Shown piece after piece: positions 16,729 through 24,893 of a DNA stretch of 32,000 nucleotides (the first letter of the stretch is position 1; every line of letters begins with the position of its first letter). The notes beneath the pieces were generated by a model. It was not told the origin of the DNA. It ran no database searches and saw only the letters and a list, made by a program, of their open reading frames with translations. Origin of the DNA: Telmatocola sphagniphila. GTDB lineage: Bacteria > Planctomycetota > Planctomycetia > Gemmatales > Gemmataceae. A program made the translations under genes and the position numbers. The stretch is taken from assembly GCF_018398935.1 (NCBI RefSeq), contig NZ_CP074694.1:6420001-6452000 (forward strand), written 5' to 3'.

Positions 16729-18798
16729 ATGGCTTGGAAATTCGGAAGTTGGCTCGGCAAGCGACACGAAGCCGCCAATCCCCGCAAGCGATCGAAAATG
16801 TTACTCACGGTCCTGGAGGAACGAGATGTCCCAGCGACCTTGACCAGTTTTTCTGTCACCGCCGGGGGTACCGGTAGCGGAATCGTCCGCGTTTCCTCCG
16901 CCACAACCACTCCGACGACGCTATATGACATCGTCCCCTATGGGGCCAACTTCGGTACAAACATTAGTGTCGCGGTCGGCGATGTAAACGGCGATGGCAT
17001 TCCCGATATTATCACGGCTCCCGGAGTCGGAGCTCCTGCCAACATTCGGGTTTACGACGGTAACACCGGCCAGCAATTGAAGGGTACCATCGGGAGCTTC
17101 TATGCTTTCCCGCCTTCGTTCACGGGCGGGGTGAACGTGGCCGTGGCCGATCTGAATAATGATGGCCATGCCGACATCATTGTCAGTCAGGAAAGTGGCG
17201 GATCCGAAGTTCGCGTATTCGACGGCGCTACTGGGGCACTCCTCGAAACTCTGGATCCCTTCGGTGGTTTCCAAGGTGGAGCAAGAGTGGCCGCCGCGGA
17301 TGTGAATGGCGATGGCACTCCCGATATTATCATCGGCGCGGGACCGAGTGCTGGGCCGCGAGTGGTTGTTTATAGTGGCTTGACCACAACGCAGCTTTAT
17401 AGCTTCTATGCATTCGACTCCGGCTTCACCGGCGGGGTTTACGTGGCGGCTGGCGATCTGGCAAACTCCAGCACGAACGCGGACATCGTTGTCGGTGCCG
17501 GACCGGGAGCTGGTCCGAACGTGGTCGTTCTGAATGGAGCCTCACCAACCTCCACGCCTATTGCTAGCTTCTATGCTTATGACCCGGCGTTCACCGGCGG
17601 TGTCCGAGTCGCCGTAGGCAACGTTCCCAATTTCGGAAATGGTATCTACACGACCAACGGCCCGGGCGCCGCTCCCAACACAGCCGAATTCGATGGATCG
17701 ACGTTCACCGAGCGTGCCAGCTTCTACGGTGCCCCCAGCGGCGACGGCGGCTATGTGGCGGCCACGGGACCCACAACCTCCGCCACTTACACCACGGGAG
17801 TTGAGAATCTTTACGCCTTCACAGCCCCCGACAACACCAATAACACCGTACTTGCCTTGACCGCTAGTCCGTTCGTTGGCGCAGGCACCTCGGCCATCTT
17901 CGATCCGAACAAGACCTACACGATTCACGTCGATAACTCGGATGTCACCAATCCTTCGAATGACATCCTTTTCCAAGTAAGTTTCAGCGCTCCGAACTCT
18001 CTGGGAGTTCAGACATACACGCTGAAAGAAATCGAGGGGAGCACTGTGACTGTCCTAGCGACAGGCACGCCGAATAGCATTGCTTCCCTCAGTAATGTCT
18101 CGGGTGAATTCTTTGCCGGCACCGCGGATGATCCCAGCTTCTACGATAAGACGGGTATCACTAATTTCTTGAACAATACTGGCACCTTCCCGAGACCGGC
18201 CGGCAGCGCAGTGAATTACTACGGTCCGAATGTCAACGACCTGGCCATGGTGATCGAAATTCCCACCTCGCAATTGTTGCAAACCGGCGGTGGAAACACC
18301 ATCGGCGTCTGGGGGACCAGCGAAACCTTGGGCGTACAGACCGATCGCGTTGGAATGGGGTTGGTTCAAACGCTGTTATTACCGGCCGCCGATCAAAGTC
18401 TTTACAACACGACCTCTCCGGTGAATGATCGGGCCAACTTCCTTCCCGATGCACTCAATCAACTCGAGAACGCTCCTTATAACCTGACGGCGGATCAAGC
18501 AACCGCAGTGGCGAATCAACTGCTTCCAGACATGTTGATTTTCACAACGGGAACACCTTTTACGACCAACTCTACAGACGCTAACGGGTTCCCGAACGGC
18601 CGAAGACTCCGCGATGACACAGCGAACTACCTGCTGAATCTGATGACCAATGGGGCGATAACGACTGATAACGTACCCGATGATAATGGCGATCGGATCA
18701 CCGACGGTACGGCCAACAGTCCTTCGACCTTCCGGCAGATTCTATTCCCCTACATCGGAGCGCCGAACAATCCCGGGACCGGCCCGAATCTGAATTGA
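16729..18798 (+). CDS. FG-GAP (integrin-alpha-like) repeat beta-propeller fused to a C-terminal DUF4331 domain; putative exported protein
   Basis: At least four repeats of the type GDVNGDGIPDIITAPG...IRVYDG, ADLNNDGHADIIV...VRVFDG and ADVNGDGTPDIIIGAG...VVVYSG. The C-terminal half matches the DUF4331 pattern (LYAFTAP...FDPNKTYTIHVDNS, FFAGTADDPSFYD, NDLAMVIEIP, IGVWGTSE, GFPNGRRLRDD). I chose the ATG at 16729 (GAAAGGG upstream). The track ORF begins at 16633. Confidence 0.8.
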   Translation: MAWKFGSWLGKRHEAANPRKRSKMLLTVLEERDVPATLTSFSVTAGGTGSGIVRVSSATTTPTTLYDIVPYGANFGTNISVAVGDVNGDGIPDIITAPGVGAPANIRVYDGNTGQQLKGTIGSFYAFPPSFTGGVNVAVADLNNDGHADIIVSQESGGSEVRVFDGATGALLETLDPFGGFQGGARVAAADVNGDGTPDIIIGAGPSAGPRVVVYSGLTTTQLYSFYAFDSGFTGGVYVAAGDLANSSTNADIVVGAGPGAGPNVVVLNGASPTSTPIASFYAYDPAFTGGVRVAVGNVPNFGNGIYTTNGPGAAPNTAEFDGSTFTERASFYGAPSGDGGYVAATGPTTSATYTTGVENLYAFTAPDNTNNTVLALTASPFVGAGTSAIFDPNKTYTIHVDNSDVTNPSNDILFQVSFSAPNSLGVQTYTLKEIEGSTVTVLATGTPNSIASLSNVSGEFFAGTADDPSFYDKTGITNFLNNTGTFPRPAGSAVNYYGPNVNDLAMVIEIPTSQLLQTGGGNTIGVWGTSETLGVQTDRVGMGLVQTLLLPAADQSLYNTTSPVNDRANFLPDALNQLENAPYNLTADQATAVANQLLPDMLIFTTGTPFTTNSTDANGFPNGRRLRDDTANYLLNLMTNGAITTDNVPDDNGDRITDGTANSPSTFRQILFPYIGAPNNPGTGPNLN

Positions 18799-18931
18799 GT
18801 TTCAATAGATGCGAGTCATTCGTTCATAGTCGATTGGGGATCTATTGCCTTACAATGATCTCTATCTTCGATAAACGGATGATTCCCCATCCGTATCGTC
18901 GCTTCAGGCATTCTGTACGGATGGTATTCGC

Positions 18932-19588
18932 ATGCGATCTCGTCTCGTTTCCCAAATCTTGGACGCCGGCATCATCGCCGTCGTTCGCTCGCCCGATCCT
19001 TCTCCTCTTGTTGAAGCCATCTCTGCACTAGCGGAGGGGGGGATTACGGTTGCCGAAGTAACGCTGACCGTCCCCAACGCACTTTCGGTTCTGAAAGCGA
19101 TCAAATCTCGAATGGGAGATCGCATCCTCTTAGGGGCCGGCACCGTTTTGGATTCCGAAACCTGTCGGGCGGCTATACTCGAAGGAGCGGATTTCATCGT
19201 CTCACCCAGTCTGAACCTGCAGGTGATCGAAACAACGCTCCGCTACGGAAAGGGCTCACTTCCGGGGGCTTTCACTCCGACAGAAATCCTCACGGCTTTT
19301 CAAGCGGGGGCCGACATCATAAAAGTTTTCCCGGCCGATGTTTTGGGGCCTGCTTTCTTCAAAGCGATGAAGGGCCCATTACCGCAAATACCGCTGATGC
19401 CTACTGGCGGGGTCGACCTCAACACAGCGGCCGATTTCCTCAAAGCGGGCGCCGTCTGCCTGGGGCTTGGTTCCCAACTGGTGGAGCCCAAAGCCCTCGC
19501 AAATCGGGACTTTGCCCGTTTGACTGCGCTAGCTCAAAAGTACGTCTCCATTGTGCAGGAAACTCGTTCGCATATTTCTAAGCCATGA
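18932..19588 (+). CDS. eda: 2-dehydro-3-deoxyphosphogluconate (KDPG) / 4-hydroxy-2-oxoglutarate aldolase
   Basis: 218 aa: IIAVVR, GGI.VAEVTL.P.A, GAGTVL and IKVFPA (Schiff-base Lys context), then MPTGGV. Confidence 0.9.
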   Translation: MRSRLVSQILDAGIIAVVRSPDPSPLVEAISALAEGGITVAEVTLTVPNALSVLKAIKSRMGDRILLGAGTVLDSETCRAAILEGADFIVSPSLNLQVIETTLRYGKGSLPGAFTPTEILTAFQAGADIIKVFPADVLGPAFFKAMKGPLPQIPLMPTGGVDLNTAADFLKAGAVCLGLGSQLVEPKALANRDFARLTALAQKYVSIVQETRSHISKP

Positions 19589-20571
19589 CCAACGAAATTG
19601 TGACTTTTGGCGAAGCGATGATCCGGCTTTCCCCTCCGGGCCATCTTCGAATTGAACAGACCGACCACTTCGAGATTCAAGTGGGTGGCGCCGAGTTGAA
19701 CACAGCGGTTGGTCTCGCTCAACTGGGATGCCGCGTTTCCTGGATTTCTCGACTCCCGCAGAATGCCTTAGGCCGACTGCTGGCCGGGAAGGTTCGCCAG
19801 ACCGGGGTAGCTACCGATCAACTCCTGTTCGCAGACAATGAACGCCTGGGAGTTTTCTTTCTCGAGCATGGCGCCTCTCCTCGTCCGAGTGCCATTGTTT
19901 ACGATCGCGTTAACTCCGCTTGCGCTAATGTTCAGCCGGGAATGATCGACTGGAAACATTGCTTCGCCCGAGCAAGCTGGTATCACGTCTCGGGTATCAC
20001 CGCCGCCATTAGCACCTCCGCCAGTGCGGTGGTCACGGAGAGTTTGAAGGCTGCGAAAACGGCGGGCTTGAAGGTCAGCTTCGATCCCAACTATCGGTCC
20101 AAACTCTGGTCGCACGACGCGGCGAAGAAGTGGTATCGCGACAATATCGAATACCTGGACATTCTGATCACTTCGCCGGAGGATGCCGAGCGTTACTTCG
20201 ATGTTGCGGAAGCAGATCCGGAACGCCAGCTGCAAGCGCTTTCAAAAAAATACAAACTTCAGACAGTAGCTTTCACTTTCCGGCAGGGGGCTTCCATCCT
20301 TCGCGAAACTTACTCTGCCAAAATTTGTCACCTCGGTGCTATCTACGCCTCTCGAGAATACGCGATTGAGACGGTCGACCGAATAGGTGCCGGGGATGCC
20401 TTCGCCGCCGGACTTATTGATGGGTTATTGGCCGGCGATCCGCAGCATGCTGTGGATTACGGCGCCGCGATGGGTGCATTAAAGCATACCATACCTGGAG
20501 ATTTCGTCTTCACTACGCGAGCGGAGATTGAGGAACTGGTGCAGGGCGGCACATTACGAGTAAAGCGATGA
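19585..20571 (+). CDS. kdgK: 2-dehydro-3-deoxygluconokinase (PfkB-family sugar kinase)
   Basis: 328 aa. The N-terminus is FGEAMIRLSP...GGAELN.AVGLA. The PfkB signature DRIGAGDAFAAGLI is present. The start overlaps the eda stop (ATGA at 19585-19588). Specificity is inferred from eda adjacency. Confidence 0.8.
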   Translation: MTNEIVTFGEAMIRLSPPGHLRIEQTDHFEIQVGGAELNTAVGLAQLGCRVSWISRLPQNALGRLLAGKVRQTGVATDQLLFADNERLGVFFLEHGASPRPSAIVYDRVNSACANVQPGMIDWKHCFARASWYHVSGITAAISTSASAVVTESLKAAKTAGLKVSFDPNYRSKLWSHDAAKKWYRDNIEYLDILITSPEDAERYFDVAEADPERQLQALSKKYKLQTVAFTFRQGASILRETYSAKICHLGAIYASREYAIETVDRIGAGDAFAAGLIDGLLAGDPQHAVDYGAAMGALKHTIPGDFVFTTRAEIEELVQGGTLRVKR

Positions 20572-21191
20572 TCTCCTACTCCCGAGAACAAGTTCGAGCG
20601 ATTGATAAACAGGCTATCGAGCAGTGGAAAGTGCCCGGCGTGGTTCTGATGGAGAATGCCGGGCGCGGTGCGGCCGAGTTACTCATGGGACTTTTGCCGT
20701 CGCCGGCGTTAGTGACTATCTTTTGCGGCTCGGGTAACAACGGCGGCGATGGCTTTGTGATCGCCCGTCACCTGCTGCGAGCTCGATATCCCGTCGAGGT
20801 CATTTATTTCAGCGAGCAATTTGCGCCGGATGCCCAGGTGAACTTTGAGATTTGCCGAAATCTTCAACTAACCCTCCGAAAGTACGAAGGTAAGCTGGAT
20901 CTTTCGCAGTCGGCCTGGCTGGTGGATGCCCTATTCGGCACCGGATTGAATCGACCATTGGAATCTCCTTTCGATACCGTTATCGAAGTTATGAATTCGA
21001 GTGGAAAACCGATACTCGCAGTCGATATACCTTCGGGGTTGGATGGCGATAGCGGTCTTCCCCTCGGGTCGACCGTCCGGGCCAGCCATACTGTGACGTT
21101 CGTCGGCGTGAAAAAAGGGTTTCTGAATCCACTCTGTCGGCCGTATCTCGGCCAGTTGCATATTGTCGATATTGGTGTTCCTACATCGTAA
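20568..21191 (+). CDS. nnrE: NAD(P)H-hydrate epimerase (stand-alone YjeF N-terminal domain)
   Basis: 207 aa: LMENAGRGAAE...CGSGNNGGDGFV.ARHL...DALFGTGL.R. There is no C-terminal dehydratase (NnrD) domain. The start overlaps the kdgK stop (ATGA at 20568-20571). Confidence 0.85.
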   Translation: MISYSREQVRAIDKQAIEQWKVPGVVLMENAGRGAAELLMGLLPSPALVTIFCGSGNNGGDGFVIARHLLRARYPVEVIYFSEQFAPDAQVNFEICRNLQLTLRKYEGKLDLSQSAWLVDALFGTGLNRPLESPFDTVIEVMNSSGKPILAVDIPSGLDGDSGLPLGSTVRASHTVTFVGVKKGFLNPLCRPYLGQLHIVDIGVPTS

Positions 21192-21200
21192 ACTGAATTT

Positions 21201-22211
21201 ATGGATGCGATCGCATATCTCGACAAAGCCGGCAAAATGGGCCTCAAGCCTTTGTACGTGCTGCATGGCGACGAGGATTTTCTCAAACGACAGATCAAGC
21301 AAGTTATTGTGCAGGCCGCCATCGGGGATTCCGATCCGGAATTCGCCGTGGCGAATTATCTCGGGGAGCAAGTGGAATTTGTGGCCGTCCGGAATGAACT
21401 GGAGACACTCCCTTTTCTATGCGAGCGACGCATCATCCTGATCGATCAGGCAGATCCTTTTGTCACCAAGTTTCGCGCCCAACTCGAATCCCTGGTGAAC
21501 AGGCCGACCAAATCCGGAATACTGGTTCTTGATGTGAAATCCTGGCCCTCGAATACTCGCCTTGCCAAAGCCGTTCCCGACGATTGTTCGCTCAGTTGCA
21601 AAGCTCCCCCGGCGGCGAAGCTGATCCCCTGGGTAGTGGCCTGGGCCAAAAAAGAGCATGGCCGGAAAATTGACCCCATGGCGGCAGAACTGCTGATCGA
21701 GAACGCCGGAACCCAGATGGGTTTACTTACGCAGGAGATCAGCAAGCTGGTTTCCTTCGTGGGAGAGAATCCACAGATCTCCAGAGACGATGTCGAGAAA
21801 CTCGTCGGTCGGAGTCGCTCGGCGAACGTATTTAAAATCCTGGATGCGATTGGCGAAGGCGATGGGCGAACGGCATTGACCATACTTCGAGAACTCTTCG
21901 AGGAAGGGGAGGAACCGATAGGCATCCTGGCCGCATTGGGAACGCAAATTCGGCGACTGGCCCAGACGGCCTACTATGTGAATCAGAAACTTCCGATGGA
22001 ACAGGCAATGGATCGGGCCAACGTGATGAAGTGGCCGCAGGCCCGTCAGAGCGCCGTGAAACAATTGAAGCATCTGGGCCGGCAGAGGCTCGGGCAACTC
22101 TACAATTGGTTGGTGGAAACCGATCTGGGATTAAAGGGCGGGAACCCGCTGCCGCCGAGAATACAGCTCGAGCGGCTGGTGGTTAAAATGGCCAAAGCTC
22201 GAGCCAACTAA
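21201..22211 (+). CDS. holA: DNA polymerase III delta subunit
   Basis: 336 aa. The N-terminal LKPLYVLHGDEDFL, the overall length and the helical C-terminal domain are typical of HolA. The similarity is recognisable but this family is weakly conserved. Confidence 0.8.
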   Translation: MDAIAYLDKAGKMGLKPLYVLHGDEDFLKRQIKQVIVQAAIGDSDPEFAVANYLGEQVEFVAVRNELETLPFLCERRIILIDQADPFVTKFRAQLESLVNRPTKSGILVLDVKSWPSNTRLAKAVPDDCSLSCKAPPAAKLIPWVVAWAKKEHGRKIDPMAAELLIENAGTQMGLLTQEISKLVSFVGENPQISRDDVEKLVGRSRSANVFKILDAIGEGDGRTALTILRELFEEGEEPIGILAALGTQIRRLAQTAYYVNQKLPMEQAMDRANVMKWPQARQSAVKQLKHLGRQRLGQLYNWLVETDLGLKGGNPLPPRIQLERLVVKMAKARAN

Positions 22212-24661
22212 GCCCCGTAATCGATCTCTTCTCGGCTGACATTGATGGCTTTTTCGAAAATATAACTCCGTCGTTTTTCAACTTCCTCGCCCATCAAAGT
22301 TCGGAAAAGCTCGTGCGCTTTCTGGGCATCGGTCATCGTCACGCGGAGCAGAGTCCGCTTGGAAGGATCGAGGGTGGTTTCCCAAAGCTCTTGAGGATCC
22401 ATTTCCCCCAGTCCCTTGAAGCGGGTGATCTTCAGACCTTTTTCGCCGAACTTCCGAACTTCGCCGACCAGATCCCGCAGATTGGCGATGTTGTAAGTGT
22501 CCTCGTTCTGCTCCAGCGAGAACTTCGCGACTGCCTCCCGACCGGCGATTTGAACGGGGGGGACGATGTCGGCCAACTCGAAGCCGAGCTCACCCAGTTT
22601 TTCCAGGGTGCGATTGGCACTTCGCAGCTCGTGCAACTCTTCCATGAGATAGTGAACCTTGTCGTCTTCCGGCTTCTTCTCATCGGAATCGCTCACCGCG
22701 AGTTCCTTGCCGAGCTTCTTACCCTCGTCCACGCGGAAGACATCGATCTCTTCGACGGTGTGGAACCAATGATCTCTTCCGCCCAGCTTTACCAGATACA
22801 AAGGCAATTGGCCGTTTCGGGACGCCGGGAGGAGCGTGTTCACCGAGAAGCCTCGCCGTTCCAGAATCTGCAGGGGTTGTTCGAGTCGGTTCAGAAGATC
22901 GAGCAGAGTTTTCAACTCTGTTCCTTCGAAGGATCTCCCTTTGACTGTCTTGAAACGCGTCTTGTCCAACCCGCGCGTGATGAGCTCGGTCTGCAATTCG
23001 ACTTGCGTCTTGATGAAGCGAGTCTGCTTCTTCTGTTCCACTTTGAACAGGGGCGGGCGAGCCACAAAAATGTTACCCGCTTCCACAAGTTTTCGCATCT
23101 GGCGGAAAAAGAAGGTCAACAGCAGCGTTCTAATATGCTGTCCGTCGATATCGGCGTCCGTCAGAATAATAATCTTACCATAACGCAGTTTCGAAATGTC
23201 ATCTGGGTTGCCGATGTCGGTACCCACCGCGGCGATGATGCTGCTGATTTCTTGGTTATTGAGCAAATGCTCAAAGCGAGCTTTCTCCACGTTCAACGGC
23301 TTGCCTCGAAGAGGCAGGACCGCCTGATACATCCGATCGCGACCGCCTTCGGCCGAGCCACCGGCCGAGTCCCCTTCCACGAGGAATAGTTCGGAGCTAT
23401 CGCGATCCTTAGAGGTGCAATCGAGCAGTTTCCCCGGCAAGCCGCCACCGGAGAGGAGATTCTTGCGCTCGCGTACGGCTCGGCGAGCTTTCGCTTCCGC
23501 CTCGCGAGCTTCTGCCGCGAGATTCACCTTGGCGATAATCTTCTTGGCTTCTTTCGGATTCTCCTCCAGGTACTTCGAAAGCACTTCGCTCACGGTCGAG
23601 GAGACGATCCCTTCCACTTCCGGGTTGTTCAACCGGATCTTGGTTTGCGCTTCGAACTGCGGATTGGGAAGGGTGATGTTGATTACCGCCGTCATCCCTT
23701 CGCGGAAATCTTCACCGACCGGCGTGATGTCGTTCTTGAACAGTTTTTCGCGTTCGCCGTAATCCTTAAGCGTTCGCGTGAGACCGGCGCGGAAACCGGA
23801 CAAATGCGTTCCGCCATTGGGATTGAACTGGTTGTTGGCATAGCAGCGTACGATTTCGGTTTCGCCTGCCACGGTGTATTGCAGGGCCACCTCCACCTTG
23901 ACGTTATCCACTTCTTTGAAGATGTGAATCGGCAGGTGCAGAGCGTCTTCATTGCGATTCATCCAGGCGACGTACTCGGCCACGCCCCCTTCGTAGAAAA
24001 AGATTTCCTCGCGGTTCACTCGCTCGTCGCGGAAGGTGATATGCAGGCTCTTATTGAGAAACGCCAGTTCCCGCAGACGGTCGCTGAGCGTGTCGCCGTT
24101 GAACTGGGAATCGCCAAAAATTTCCGGATCGGGCCAGAAGGTGATCTTGGTACCCGTGCGATCGGCGGCCCCGATGTCCTTGACCTCGCCGGGCACCTTG
24201 GGCTTGCCCCGTTCGAATTCCTGCAGATACGTCCGGCCATCCCGGCGAACTTCGGCCTTGGTCAGTTCCGATAGAGCGGTCACGGCTTTAGCACCCATGC
24301 CGTGTAGACCGGCGGATACCTTGTAGGCGTTGTTGTCGAATTTGCCCCCGGCTCCCACCAGCGTCATAACGGCTTGCAAGGTGGGAATCTTCAACTCCGG
24401 GTGCATGTCCACCGGGATACCGCGGCCATCGTCGCCCACAGAAAGACTGCCATCGACGTGGACGGTCACCGTCACGTGCTTGCAGAACCCGGCCAGGAAC
24501 TCGTCCACCGAGTTGTAAACCAATTCGTAAACGAGATGGTGCATACCTCGGACACTGGTGTCCGGGATGTACATATCGGGACGTTTACGAATGTGATCGG
24601 CGTCCTTCAGATGCTGAATATTTTTGTGTGTGTAGTCTGCTGCCGGAGCGGGTGTTTCCAT
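22208..24661 (-). CDS. gyrB: DNA gyrase subunit B
   Basis: 817 aa. GHKL ATPase motifs are HHLVYELVYNSVDE and GLHGMGAKAV. The Toprim motif is EGDSAGGSA and IILTDADIDGQHI. The tail is FKGLGEM. The length, with an insertion, favours GyrB over ParE. Confidence 0.95.
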   Translation of the reverse strand: METPAPAADYTHKNIQHLKDADHIRKRPDMYIPDTSVRGMHHLVYELVYNSVDEFLAGFCKHVTVTVHVDGSLSVGDDGRGIPVDMHPELKIPTLQAVMTLVGAGGKFDNNAYKVSAGLHGMGAKAVTALSELTKAEVRRDGRTYLQEFERGKPKVPGEVKDIGAADRTGTKITFWPDPEIFGDSQFNGDTLSDRLRELAFLNKSLHITFRDERVNREEIFFYEGGVAEYVAWMNRNEDALHLPIHIFKEVDNVKVEVALQYTVAGETEIVRCYANNQFNPNGGTHLSGFRAGLTRTLKDYGEREKLFKNDITPVGEDFREGMTAVINITLPNPQFEAQTKIRLNNPEVEGIVSSTVSEVLSKYLEENPKEAKKIIAKVNLAAEAREAEAKARRAVRERKNLLSGGGLPGKLLDCTSKDRDSSELFLVEGDSAGGSAEGGRDRMYQAVLPLRGKPLNVEKARFEHLLNNQEISSIIAAVGTDIGNPDDISKLRYGKIIILTDADIDGQHIRTLLLTFFFRQMRKLVEAGNIFVARPPLFKVEQKKQTRFIKTQVELQTELITRGLDKTRFKTVKGRSFEGTELKTLLDLLNRLEQPLQILERRGFSVNTLLPASRNGQLPLYLVKLGGRDHWFHTVEEIDVFRVDEGKKLGKELAVSDSDEKKPEDDKVHYLMEELHELRSANRTLEKLGELGFELADIVPPVQIAGREAVAKFSLEQNEDTYNIANLRDLVGEVRKFGEKGLKITRFKGLGEMDPQELWETTLDPSKRTLLRVTMTDAQKAHELFRTLMGEEVEKRRSYIFEKAINVSREEIDYGA

Positions 24662-24696
24662 GCTTGTTCAGATATCCTGAAAATCAGCCCACAATG

Positions 24697-24739
24697 AAAG
24701 TCGAAATTTGAACGTAAGGTCAAATCAGAATTCGACTTT
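24697..24739. promoter_or_regulatory. Imperfect 43-nt inverted repeat 36-78 nt upstream of the gyrB start
   Basis: The outer arms AAAGTCGAA (24697-24705) and TTCGACTTT (24731-24739) pair. The inner arms ATTTGA and TCAAAT pair around the loop ACGTAAGG. A 5-nt asymmetric bulge interrupts the stem. Confidence 0.4.
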
Positions 24740-24893
24740 AGTGCAAGTCGTTAAGCCGTTTAAAGCGTTATGAAATTCTACGGAAAAAGTACGATTTTGC
24801 GACTAGTATTCATAGGATCTAAAAGACCTTTTTTCAGGCGCTGTGTGGCCGCAAAAAGGTTATTGGAAAATGCTCAAAATGGGGGGCAAAGGC

